A DNA stretch of 64,000 bases. It comes from a virus. Numbering within the stretch: the first letter of the stretch is position 1; every line of letters begins with the position of its first letter. The notes under the pieces were generated by a model. That model was given only the letters and a program-made list of their open reading frames with translations. It was not told the DNA's origin and ran no database searches. This document shows, piece after piece, positions 10,028-19,404 of this stretch. The position numbers and the translations under genes are program-made. The DNA lies in the IMG/VR virus record IMGVR_UViG_3300033485_000003, positions 1 to 64,000 of that record; one strand, 5' to 3'.

Positions 10028-10981
10028 ATGAGCATCGGCAATAAAGAAGTCGTAAACGGATTAGATGTAGACGGCCAGAACGTCGCCTCTCTAGGTAAGC
10101 TATGTCAGATAGGGGCAGATACGTCCTTTGTTCCCGGCAACGCCACATCTAATACGCCGGCCGGTATTTCCGCGATCGCCTCTGGCGCAACGACATGCAC
10201 GATTACAAACTCTCTGTCCACCACCTCCAGTCTTGTGAATATCAATTGGCTTGGCGACACAGGAGCTACCCGTTTTTGGGTGACGCGAGCTTTAGGCTCT
10301 TTCACCGTCAATCTGTCGAGCGCTGCCGTAGATAGTGTCGGTTTTATATGGAGTGTGTCGGAGTTGGACAAAACACTCCTTCCAGGACTACGACGTTACT
10401 GGCCACTGAACGGGAATTCATCCGATATCTTTGGGGTAGGCAATGGCATTGATGTCGATGTGTCATATATGGCCGGAAAGATCGGCCAATGTGCATCATT
10501 TAACGGTACGACCTCCAAGATCACTACGCCGGCATCAAATGTGCCATTATGGGCCCTACCCAGAAGTATGTCGCTTTGGCTATATAAGAATAGCGCGTCC
10601 AACAAAATCGCTCTCGGGTACGGTACCGCTGGAAGTACTACCAGTTTAGATATCCTATACTTCAACAATGCCATCTGCATTTACACCTACGACGCCTTCG
10701 GTGGCGCAATACCGATGTCTACTGGAGGGTGGCATCATTTTGTATACACATACAATGGCACTACCTTCAATACATACCTAGATGGAGTCGCTGGAACCCC
10801 CTGGGTCAAGGCAATCAATACGGGGAGTTCGACTCCAATCACAATAGGCTCTGGGGTACATCCGTCCTTCTCTTATTGGGACGGACGTATCGATGAGGTG
10901 GGGTTGTGGGATCGATGTATCACTTTAACTGAGATTGCAGATCTATACAACTCCGGCTCCGGCCGGGCGCACCCGTTTTAA
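10028..10981 (+). CDS. LamG/concanavalin A-like putative receptor-binding protein
   Basis: YWPLNG, FNGTTS, SLWLY, WHHFVYTYNG..YLDG and GRIDEVGLWDR. Confidence 0.75.
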   Translation: MSIGNKEVVNGLDVDGQNVASLGKLCQIGADTSFVPGNATSNTPAGISAIASGATTCTITNSLSTTSSLVNINWLGDTGATRFWVTRALGSFTVNLSSAAVDSVGFIWSVSELDKTLLPGLRRYWPLNGNSSDIFGVGNGIDVDVSYMAGKIGQCASFNGTTSKITTPASNVPLWALPRSMSLWLYKNSASNKIALGYGTAGSTTSLDILYFNNAICIYTYDAFGGAIPMSTGGWHHFVYTYNGTTFNTYLDGVAGTPWVKAINTGSSTPITIGSGVHPSFSYWDGRIDEVGLWDRCITLTEIADLYNSGSGRAHPF

Positions 10982-11163
10982 GGAGCTGTCATGGGAATCG
11001 GCAATAAAGAGGTGGTCGGAGGTCTTGACTGCAACAACTCAGACATCACTTCCTGTGGGAAAATTACACATGTCGGGGTGGACACATCATCTACCCCAGG
11101 CAACGCCACATCTAATTATGCATCTGGTATTTCCGCGATCGCCTCTGGCGCAACGACATGCAC
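10163..11163 (+). repeat. 38-bp identical direct repeat (10163-10200 and 11126-11163)
   Basis: ggtatttccgcgatcgcctctggcgcaacgacatgcac occurs in both LamG genes. Confidence 0.9.
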
Positions 11164-12538
11164 CATTACCAGCTCACATGTCACCCCACTAAGTCGCGTG
11201 TCGGTAACGTGGCTTGGGGACACCGGAGCTACGCGATTTTGGATAACTCGCGTATCGGGATCATTTACGGTGACATTGTCTAGTGCCGCGGCCGCTAATG
11301 TCAGTTTTTGTTGGACTATATCTGAAATCGCCACCACGTCACTTCTCAATGGACTTATCCATTGTTGGCCTCTAGACGGTAGTTCGAGCGACGTTCTTGT
11401 AACCGGCAATGGCAGCGACACATCTATGGGCTATGTAGCTCGTAAGTTGGGGGGCGGGTGCGCTGTGTTCGACGCTGCATCTAAGATAGATACCGCACTG
11501 ACCGGACCATCTGGTGCCGCCGCGAGGAGCGTCAGTCTTTGGTTTTACGTGGCAAGACAGATATCTTGCACCCTGGTCGCATGGGGATCCACCAACGGCT
11601 CTATTTGCAGTCTGGTATACGACAGTACCGGTGGGGTATGGTGGTATGACGGGACGTCTAGTAAGTGCGTAGGAGCTGTAGCGAGTTTTGGCGTATGGCA
11701 CCATTTAGTATTCACTTATGACGGCTCGGAAGGTAAAGTTTACCTCAATGGCGGAGCTCCGAGCGCTCAGACATGGGCGATGAACACTGCCAACGACCTA
11801 AATATCATATTTGGAGTCGCCCCCGACGGCACCCGCCACCTCATCGGAAATATAGACGATACATGTATGTGGAATCGCGCACTAACGGCCGGCGAGGTGG
11901 CCGACCTCTACAGCTCCGGGGCTGGGATTGAAACTATGACCGGCTCGCTGCTCTCCGGATTAACTAGACAGTGGCACTTTAATGGCAGTAGTCTGGAGTC
12001 TGTGGGCGGGACAACGGGAACCGACACATACGTTATTTATGAACCATCCAAAATAATCGGGTCTGGAGTCTTTAACGGCACTACCGGAAAGATCGCCACC
12101 AGCCTATTTGGACCGCTAGGGAACTCCCCTAGGTCGCTGAGTTTGTGGATCTATAGAACCTCATCTAGCCAAAACAGCATATTGGGATATGGTGAGTCGG
12201 GATTGACCGCCTTCCATCTAATCTCTTTTTCTGGTGGGATTTACCCTGGTTGGGGTGGGACTATAGCATGCCCACTATATCAGTGGCATCATTTTGTGTG
12301 TACTTACGACGGAACAGACGTCCACTACTATCTAGATAACGTCCACACCTCGGCGACATACGCGCTCAATACTAAGCCGGTGTATCCCATTAATATAGGG
12401 TATTTTGGAGGAAGCGGCTACGCCACTTTCTCTGGACGTCTTGATGAAATAGCAATGTGGGATCGATGTATCACCGCCGGAGAAGTCTCAATCCTTTACA
12501 ATAGCGGCAGCGGCAGAACGTACCCATATTACTCTTAA
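10991..12538 (+). CDS. Double LamG-domain putative receptor-binding protein
   Basis: Two LamG motif sets (WHHLVFTYDG, WHHFVCTYDG). N-terminal module is paralogous to 10028. Confidence 0.75.
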   Translation: MGIGNKEVVGGLDCNNSDITSCGKITHVGVDTSSTPGNATSNYASGISAIASGATTCTITSSHVTPLSRVSVTWLGDTGATRFWITRVSGSFTVTLSSAAAANVSFCWTISEIATTSLLNGLIHCWPLDGSSSDVLVTGNGSDTSMGYVARKLGGGCAVFDAASKIDTALTGPSGAAARSVSLWFYVARQISCTLVAWGSTNGSICSLVYDSTGGVWWYDGTSSKCVGAVASFGVWHHLVFTYDGSEGKVYLNGGAPSAQTWAMNTANDLNIIFGVAPDGTRHLIGNIDDTCMWNRALTAGEVADLYSSGAGIETMTGSLLSGLTRQWHFNGSSLESVGGTTGTDTYVIYEPSKIIGSGVFNGTTGKIATSLFGPLGNSPRSLSLWIYRTSSSQNSILGYGESGLTAFHLISFSGGIYPGWGGTIACPLYQWHHFVCTYDGTDVHYYLDNVHTSATYALNTKPVYPINIGYFGGSGYATFSGRLDEIAMWDRCITAGEVSILYNSGSGRTYPYYS

Positions 12539-12547
12539 GGGCCAATT

Positions 12548-14209
12548 ATGGCAAACAGAAATATTGAGCCTGTAGTCGGAGAGATCTTCGTCCCCGGACC
12601 CGAGCCGAGCGCTCCCCTTGAAGGTCAGACCTATTACGACTCGACGGCGCACTCCCTACGAGTTCGCGGAGTGTCTACTTGGAGTTCTGTATCTGGAAAT
12701 TCATCGGGCACCAACACCGGAGACCAAACCGCAGCCACAGTCCCTAACACCCCCGCGGGTGGAATCTCGGCCGTGACTGTACAGGCTGCCATCAACGAGC
12801 TCGACACCGAAAAAATCGCAGCCAATACAGCCATTGTGGCTGGAACCAACACCAAGATCTCCTACGATGCTAAAGGGCTGGTTACGGCTGGGGTAGCGGC
12901 TACCACAGTTGATATCGCCGACTCGACCGATAGACGGTACTGTACCGATGCGCAAAAAGTCGTCATTGGCAACACCTCCGGCACCAACACCGGAGATATG
13001 TCGATTGGGACGTTCGGTTCTACCCCAAACCCCTACGGTGGTACAATCACGACCGGAGTTCTCACCTTCCAGCCAGCCAACGGGACCAATCCTGGCGGGG
13101 TGTCGATAGCCGCACAAAGCTTCGCCGGATACAAGACTTTTGTCGATGGGGCCGAAGCGACCGCAAAATACGGCACAGCCTACATGGGTGGCGCTTCGAT
13201 GAGTTATAGTTTGTGGGGCGTCGCCAATTCGAGTTACGCTTCTGTGTTGGGGCTCAACTACGGGACTGGTGACGGCATCAAAGGGGAATCGACTGGAGGG
13301 AAGGGTGGGAATTTTATCGGGGTGACCGGTGTATATGGCTCCGGTTCATCTCGCGGAGTAGAGGGTGGCGGCGCAGGGATGGCTCTGTATGGGGCTGGCG
13401 GGACGCACGGATGTTATGCAAGCGGCTCTCAGTACGGTGTCCAGGCATCCAGCGACCAGTATGGCGGAAGCTTCACCACCAACAGTATTAGTAATCACCC
13501 GGCGGTTAAAGGAGAATCCACTGGCGTCTCGGGCAGCAACTACGGCGGACTGTTCACATGCGTCAGCGGCATTGGATGTGCCGGCCAGGGTTCTACGTAC
13601 GGCGGGTATTTTTCTGCATCCGCCGGTGTCGGCATGTATGGAGCGTCGACGGGTGGGACAGGATACGGCGTTCAAGGTGTCGGTACGGTTGCTGGTATGA
13701 AGGGTGAGTGCTCGGCGGGGGATTATGGCGGGCATTTTTCCAATACAAACACAGGAACTGGAACTCATTACGGCATCTATGCTTCGTGTGACTCGACCGG
13801 CTCCGGGGATCGCGTAGGAGTGTTGGGCGGCGGCTTAACATATGGCGTCTATGGAACGTCCACAACCGGCACCGGCATCTATGGAACCTCTGGCGGTAGT
13901 TACGGGATCTATGGAGACAACACCCACGTCGGTGCTGAGAGCGCCTACGGCGTTTACGGCCACTGCACCTCAACCGGAGGTGGGGTTAAATGTGGTGTAG
14001 TCGGGTTTGGCCGCTCGCATGGCGTTATGGGCTCTTCAATCGCTGGATATGGACTCTTTGGAGAAGGAAATTCGGTCGGAGCTCCACTCATGTTGGCCGG
14101 TTTAGCTGCCGCCCCGTCGAGTACGGAGGCCGGTCAAATTTACTTCAATTCAGCGGACAGTCATTTTTATGGCTACAACGGCACTACCTGGAAACAGCTC
14201 GACAACTAG
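12548..14209 (+). CDS. Gly-rich tail fibre protein
   Basis: TKISYDAKGLVTAG fibre motif, many GVYG-type repeats, and terminal P...G..Y...W modules. Confidence 0.65.
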   Translation: MANRNIEPVVGEIFVPGPEPSAPLEGQTYYDSTAHSLRVRGVSTWSSVSGNSSGTNTGDQTAATVPNTPAGGISAVTVQAAINELDTEKIAANTAIVAGTNTKISYDAKGLVTAGVAATTVDIADSTDRRYCTDAQKVVIGNTSGTNTGDMSIGTFGSTPNPYGGTITTGVLTFQPANGTNPGGVSIAAQSFAGYKTFVDGAEATAKYGTAYMGGASMSYSLWGVANSSYASVLGLNYGTGDGIKGESTGGKGGNFIGVTGVYGSGSSRGVEGGGAGMALYGAGGTHGCYASGSQYGVQASSDQYGGSFTTNSISNHPAVKGESTGVSGSNYGGLFTCVSGIGCAGQGSTYGGYFSASAGVGMYGASTGGTGYGVQGVGTVAGMKGECSAGDYGGHFSNTNTGTGTHYGIYASCDSTGSGDRVGVLGGGLTYGVYGTSTTGTGIYGTSGGSYGIYGDNTHVGAESAYGVYGHCTSTGGGVKCGVVGFGRSHGVMGSSIAGYGLFGEGNSVGAPLMLAGLAAAPSSTEAGQIYFNSADSHFYGYNGTTWKQLDN

Positions 14210-14224
14210 CCTAAGGGTCCGACA

Positions 14225-15280
14225 ATGTACTCAATATACCTATTTGACAGCGCAAACAATCCGATTGTAGGGGCGACTCCCGTATTTACGGCCTACCGAT
14301 CGCTCGGGGGTGTCGAAATTACACCTAGACCGACTATTGCAAATCTGACATCCAACATCTACACCTTTACCCCGTCCACCTCCGACGAGGCGACTGGCGT
14401 AGCCTTTATGATTTACGCTCCGACGGCGGCCCCGCAGTATTACGCCGGTGCGGTCGGCAATCTGGCCGCTTTCGGGGTTTGGGATGACGTCACCCTGGCC
14501 CCCAAAACAACCGCCAGTCCTGTAATCGACGTATATGTCGGTGCAGATGCCACCCCGTACCCACCCCCGACGATCACCAACATCGGACTCGGGCTGTATG
14601 GCTGGCTCCCCACCAACCCCGACCGTGTCAACGACGTACAATTTCGTGGTCGAACTGTAACATCTGGATGTATCCCAATCAACTTCGAGGGGTTTGTTGC
14701 GGCCGCCGCTTCTGGGGGTACTGGTGTCGGCCCCACGATTCTATCTGTCACGCCATTCGGAGATCGACTAGAGCTCCTATTTGATTCCAATATAGCATTA
14801 AGCGGCCCCGCGCTATTGAACGCCCAATGGGTTATCACCTCGCCCCCAGGGGTCGTCGCTCCGACGGCTACATCCGTGTCGGTTGCCGGATCCACCGTGA
14901 CGCTGTATATCACGGAATGTACCAGTGGAACGTCATACTATTTACACATACCTACAACTGGGATAACAGACACCACCATGACCCCGTTCGGAGGTCCATG
15001 GCTGCACACCTTTGTCGGTGTCGGCGTCGCTCCATTTGTGGCGCTGGCGTCCGCCAGCGACGCCTTGCACGCCAAAGTGATTTTCTCCGAAGCGGTACTC
15101 GAGGCGGAGGCGCTAATATCCGCTAATTACCTCATCACTGGCGGTGCCGGTCTGACTGTATATGGCGTCGTCAAAGAAACCGACCAAGTATATGTGTTGA
15201 CGACGTCGCTTCAAGTCTCTGGGCAATCGTACACTGTGACGGTGTCCAATATCCACGATCTATACGGCAACCTGATTTAA
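14225..15280 (+). CDS. Structural protein with Ig-like domains
   Basis: Two N-terminal repeats plus two Ig-like domains (VIFSEAV..ANY..YTVTVSNIHDLYGN). Confidence 0.6.
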   Translation: MYSIYLFDSANNPIVGATPVFTAYRSLGGVEITPRPTIANLTSNIYTFTPSTSDEATGVAFMIYAPTAAPQYYAGAVGNLAAFGVWDDVTLAPKTTASPVIDVYVGADATPYPPPTITNIGLGLYGWLPTNPDRVNDVQFRGRTVTSGCIPINFEGFVAAAASGGTGVGPTILSVTPFGDRLELLFDSNIALSGPALLNAQWVITSPPGVVAPTATSVSVAGSTVTLYITECTSGTSYYLHIPTTGITDTTMTPFGGPWLHTFVGVGVAPFVALASASDALHAKVIFSEAVLEAEALISANYLITGGAGLTVYGVVKETDQVYVLTTSLQVSGQSYTVTVSNIHDLYGNLI

Positions 15281-15294
15281 CCTCAGACCCGCTC

Positions 15295-15306
15295 AATCTT
15301 TGGGGT
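15295..15306 (+). promoter_or_regulatory. Putative late promoter AATCTT-N5-T
   Basis: caatctttggggt|GTG. Confidence 0.7.
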
Positions 15307-16434
15307 GTGAGTTCATCCGCCGTTTTCATCGGAACCGGGTTTTACGTCACGGGCGCCCAGGTCCGCCCCGGCAACGTCATCCGTATTTCCTTTAGCTCTG
15401 CCCCGAAGGTTATAGACCCTACAGCACTCAACGACGCACTAAATCCGCTAAATTATACCCTGTCGGGCCCAGGTCCGGGATCGTTCGCTGCTGCTCGTGT
15501 AGTGGCGGGAGATATACTCAGTGTAGATTTAGAGCTACAGGCTTCGTTGGTGGCTGGAGCTTGGTCGGTCAATACCATCGGCGTGGTCTCGTCTGCCGGA
15601 GACCCTCTTACCGCGCCGACCGCCGCTAATTTTACCGTCTTGACTGTCGGTACTCGCACCTCGCTGTCCGGCGGGGCGCAGAACGACACCGCCGAGCAGA
15701 TTATTCGAAAGCACCTGAGTCCAGCTCTCAGGGGGCCGAATTGGGACTTGGTGATAAGGGCCCTAGCCACTGGCGACGACGCAAATTGGAACAATGCACA
15801 GCTAGCCATCAAACAGATGTTTCTGGCGTCGGCCAGCGGCCAGTATCTCGTCAAGAGGGCCTCTGACCAGGGCGTCGCCCCGCCACACGACGTAGGTATG
15901 GCCGACGACGTGTTCCGTCGGCTCGCCGTCAAAACCGCCAACGGAGCATTGCTTCATACAGCCATCAAAGACATCCTCGAGGTGTACTACGGAGCCGACA
16001 GCTCCCGGGCGTTCGCCGAATGCACACACGATGAACTGTACGACCTCAACTCTACAATGGAGTTGCGGTGGACTTTAGACGGTAAGCAATCGTTCTCTTA
16101 CGGCTTCCCATCAACCGATTTTGGCTCGCCTGTTGCAGCTCAGGCGTGCGAGGTCGCGTTCGCTCTTACGCAACATATGCGTCGTCTCCGCTCGAACGGA
16201 TTTGCCGTCCCATATCGCTCGCCAAATACCGGATTAAATCGTGTTCGCATTTATAGTGGCTCTTTGGGGGTTGGGTCGAGCGTGCAAATCACAGGCGGTC
16301 TTGCTCAAAATACATTCCAATTCCCGACACTGCTGCCAACGTACATAGCCAGCGCGGCAGGCTATAGCTGGGTATACTCTGTGTCGACTCCAGGCGCCAC
16401 TCGGGTTTCTCTAACCATCGACACGTCAATTTAA
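15307..16434 (+). CDS. Baseplate wedge-like protein, N-terminal part
   Basis: MFLASASGQYL..G.ADDVFRRL resembles gpI/gp7-type wedge proteins. Same frame as 16459, separated by one TAA. Confidence 0.6.
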   Translation: MSSSAVFIGTGFYVTGAQVRPGNVIRISFSSAPKVIDPTALNDALNPLNYTLSGPGPGSFAAARVVAGDILSVDLELQASLVAGAWSVNTIGVVSSAGDPLTAPTAANFTVLTVGTRTSLSGGAQNDTAEQIIRKHLSPALRGPNWDLVIRALATGDDANWNNAQLAIKQMFLASASGQYLVKRASDQGVAPPHDVGMADDVFRRLAVKTANGALLHTAIKDILEVYYGADSSRAFAECTHDELYDLNSTMELRWTLDGKQSFSYGFPSTDFGSPVAAQACEVAFALTQHMRRLRSNGFAVPYRSPNTGLNRVRIYSGSLGVGSSVQITGGLAQNTFQFPTLLPTYIASAAGYSWVYSVSTPGATRVSLTIDTSI

Positions 16435-16458
16435 TGCCAACATCGAACTGGAATCACG

Positions 16459-18918
16459 ATGCCCACTTTATGTCCATTAGCATGGGTCTTTGGACCCACC
16501 CCGTCGCCAACGCCGTCGGTCAACATGCCGGCTATTGACATATCGGAAGTGCGCGATGGCGACTACGTAGCCATAGCTCCATCTGCCGGATCTGGCTTGT
16601 CCGACACGTATGTAGTTCGCAACGTGCGGACTAGCTGGAGTGGGACCCTCTTCACTCAAAGTTTCGACATTGACCGAGTCGGCTTCTCCGGCACAGCCGT
16701 TCAGCTAGACAATGCCGCATACACCTTCTACCGTGCCGAGACCCGACGACTCAACGGGCCGCGTTGCGTTTCTGTCACGCAAACCAATCCGAATCAACTT
16801 GACGTGGTTTTGCCGGCCACAGCTCAGGTGGTAGGGCGTGGACCAAAAACCGCGGCATATCCCCACTCCGCGACGCCCATTAGAGTCGCCTCTATCAAAC
16901 GCCTATCGAGTGGGAGTACAGTCGTAACCACCACACAAACCCATGGGCTGGGCTCTGGAGACATCGGCCGGCACATTCTATTGGATTCCATCCAAGCTTC
17001 AAATGCACTACCATATACCTCGCCCGGGAATAGCGCCGTCGCTCCAGCAACTTGGACGTACGCTGCGAACCATCTCGGCTTTGTAGCCGCAGCCCAAACT
17101 CCAACGTCTCTGGCGACACAGTTTGGAACTGCGACGGCCGTTGGAGATAGCATCGTTTTTGCTGGAGGTTATGACGGCGCCACCATCACGGGAAGCACCA
17201 ATCACTACACCGCTGCAGCGCCGAGCGTGGTGGCCGAAGGGTCCGAAGCGGATGGCAGCCTCCGACATGCCCATACGTGGACCACCGCCGCCAGCATGAC
17301 GACCGCACGCTACTCTCATGCCGCCAGCGAATACTCTGGCGATGTCTTGGTAACGGGCGGACTGAACGCCATCGGCACGCCCATGCAACTAGCAGAACTC
17401 TACGATACCGCCGCGCACACTTGGACGGCAGTGTCTTCCATGGCCTCTGGACGTACAGATCACCAACAAGTACTCCTAGACGACGGCCGAGTATTGGTGA
17501 TGGGCGGCTACACGGCGATTGACACCCCCACCAATACGACAGAGTTATACAACGGAACGTGGACTACTGGACCTACCATGGTGCACCAACGAGCGGGCTT
17601 CCAGGCAGTCAAACTGAGCGATGGTAGGGTGCTGGCTATTGGTGGGGCTAATGGAACTTATCGTTTGGGTAGTTGGACGTCGTGGAATTGGTCAGACCAT
17701 ACGTGCGAAATTTTTGATGGTGTGAGCTGGAGAGCTACCGGATCGATGGCGATGGCTCGAGGGTGGAGCTGCGCTGTCGTTTTGCCCGGAGACTATGTAT
17801 TGGTTGTAGGTGGCGTTGGGCACCCACAATCGCAGCCGAGTAATCCCACTAAGGTTAGTCTGGCGTCCGCAGAGATGTGGAGTCCCGTCACGGAGCGCTG
17901 GAGTCGAGTGGCGCCGCCCTCGCTTCGTCGCCACTTCCCTCTCGCCCGTTTAGTCGGCAGTAGGGTCATCGTGCTTGGAGGGGCGTCTTTTGTCGGAGAC
18001 GATACGACCGTCGTCGAATGTTTCGATGTCGCAACAAGAACCTGGAGCCGCTTGCCGTACCGAATCGCGAGCGCAGGCCTCCCCAGCTTTGGCGCCGTCA
18101 CGACTTATGAAGAGTTGGTGTTTTCCGGCGGCAGCACTCCCGCCTTCGAGACTTTCTTGGGGGGACAAGACCGCTTAGGTGGAACCGGACTGATCGGACA
18201 ACACGTAATATCGGCAGTCCCGTCTACTACCTCCTTCGAGGTGCAAACCGACACCACTTCAGGCGAGATGCAGTACGCCACATCGTACGGGCTAACTAGC
18301 CAAACCGGCACGGCCACCGCTATAGCTGCACAGGACGGCTCCATCAACGCTCCGGGTCCATACATCATCGACCCGACCGAAGGCGCTGCGGTTACCGCCG
18401 TCGAGGCACTGACGCTTTCAGCCGTGTCAGCCGGACAGCAATACAAAGAGCTTACACTGGATGCAGCTGGGGAACATTTCCCGTCTTCCGGCTACATCGT
18501 ACTCGGATTCGGCACGTCACAACAGACCTCGCCGATTCATTTCTCTGACCGCTACCAAAGTGGTCCGACCGAATACAAGCTCGTGCTGGATTACGCATAC
18601 CACTTCGAGTTCGATTTCTCAGTCGGTGCACAGGTTATTCTGCTCAACCAGAAAGCTCCGTTCGACCCAGAGCGCGGAGAGGGTATCGGTTTGTTTTACG
18701 CAACGTCGTCCGCGGCTGGACGTGTGGCCGCGCAACAAGCCGTACTCGATGCGATAGCCTCTGGTGTTGACGCCAACATCCAAATCGTATACCCAGGAGA
18801 CACCGGCTTGGGTGGAGGTGGACTGCCCACGCACGGCACCCAAAAACTGTCCGATATCGCGGCAGTATTCGGCGGCGATGAGCTGGACTCGGAAATTCAG
18901 ACAAGGCGGGATAGCTAA
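16459..18918 (+). CDS. Kelch-repeat baseplate-associated protein (probable C-terminal part of the preceding gene)
   Basis: About six Kelch repeats (M..AR..H....GRVLV.GG....E.YD...W). No SD or late promoter before its ATG. Confidence 0.65.
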   Translation: MPTLCPLAWVFGPTPSPTPSVNMPAIDISEVRDGDYVAIAPSAGSGLSDTYVVRNVRTSWSGTLFTQSFDIDRVGFSGTAVQLDNAAYTFYRAETRRLNGPRCVSVTQTNPNQLDVVLPATAQVVGRGPKTAAYPHSATPIRVASIKRLSSGSTVVTTTQTHGLGSGDIGRHILLDSIQASNALPYTSPGNSAVAPATWTYAANHLGFVAAAQTPTSLATQFGTATAVGDSIVFAGGYDGATITGSTNHYTAAAPSVVAEGSEADGSLRHAHTWTTAASMTTARYSHAASEYSGDVLVTGGLNAIGTPMQLAELYDTAAHTWTAVSSMASGRTDHQQVLLDDGRVLVMGGYTAIDTPTNTTELYNGTWTTGPTMVHQRAGFQAVKLSDGRVLAIGGANGTYRLGSWTSWNWSDHTCEIFDGVSWRATGSMAMARGWSCAVVLPGDYVLVVGGVGHPQSQPSNPTKVSLASAEMWSPVTERWSRVAPPSLRRHFPLARLVGSRVIVLGGASFVGDDTTVVECFDVATRTWSRLPYRIASAGLPSFGAVTTYEELVFSGGSTPAFETFLGGQDRLGGTGLIGQHVISAVPSTTSFEVQTDTTSGEMQYATSYGLTSQTGTATAIAAQDGSINAPGPYIIDPTEGAAVTAVEALTLSAVSAGQQYKELTLDAAGEHFPSSGYIVLGFGTSQQTSPIHFSDRYQSGPTEYKLVLDYAYHFEFDFSVGAQVILLNQKAPFDPERGEGIGLFYATSSAAGRVAAQQAVLDAIASGVDANIQIVYPGDTGLGGGGLPTHGTQKLSDIAAVFGGDELDSEIQTRRDS

Positions 18919-19353
18919 ATGTCTCAAATGACTCTCGCTGGAGCTCGCGTGGTTTGCAAGATCAACTCGGTGTTGTATGCCAGAGTCACTGGCTTTGCTT
19001 GGCACGCCCTAACGCCCAGTCACGAAATATACGGCATCGACTCGGAAGAGGCGTACGAACTGGCCCCGACCACCTCGAAAATCGTAGCGACAATGAAGAT
19101 GTTGCGCACATCTGCGGATGGCGGAGCTGAAGGGGCCGGAATGGCGGTCGGAATAGGAGAGTTGTCCAGGGAGCGATACTTCAACGTACAGCTCATCGAC
19201 TTGGCAACAGCGGCTATGTTGTTTCAGGCTGACCGCTGTAGGGCTACTGAACAGTCGTGGGACGTCCCCTCACGCGGCAAAGTCACCGGCACCCTACAGT
19301 TCACAGCCCTTCGATGGAGTAACGAGGTCCGGTCTCTAGGCACACCCTCGTAG
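18919..19353 (+). CDS. Tail tube-like / tube initiator protein
   Basis: 144 aa, GARV..KIN...EIYGID...ELAP pattern typical of tube-fold proteins. Confidence 0.5.
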   Translation: MSQMTLAGARVVCKINSVLYARVTGFAWHALTPSHEIYGIDSEEAYELAPTTSKIVATMKMLRTSADGGAEGAGMAVGIGELSRERYFNVQLIDLATAAMLFQADRCRATEQSWDVPSRGKVTGTLQFTALRWSNEVRSLGTPS

Positions 19354-19369
19354 CCGCGCTCGACAGCCC

Positions 19370-19381
19370 AATCTTGTTGGT
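19370..19381 (+). promoter_or_regulatory. Putative late promoter AATCTT-N5-T (leadered transcript)
   Basis: caatcttgttggt|G followed by a leader with an AAGGAG SD before ATG 19405. Confidence 0.6.
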
Positions 19382-19404
19382 GAATACCTCTTAAGGAGCC
19401 AACA

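Noticed and set aside
9471-12538. Diversity-generating retroelement or invertible shufflon in the fibre genes
   Set aside because: No reverse transcriptase or recombinase in the window; the repeats are direct and differences are not adenine-specific.
16432-16434. Stop-codon reassignment (alternative genetic code)
   Set aside because: TAA, TAG and TGA all end conserved genes at expected positions, and long genes are uninterrupted.
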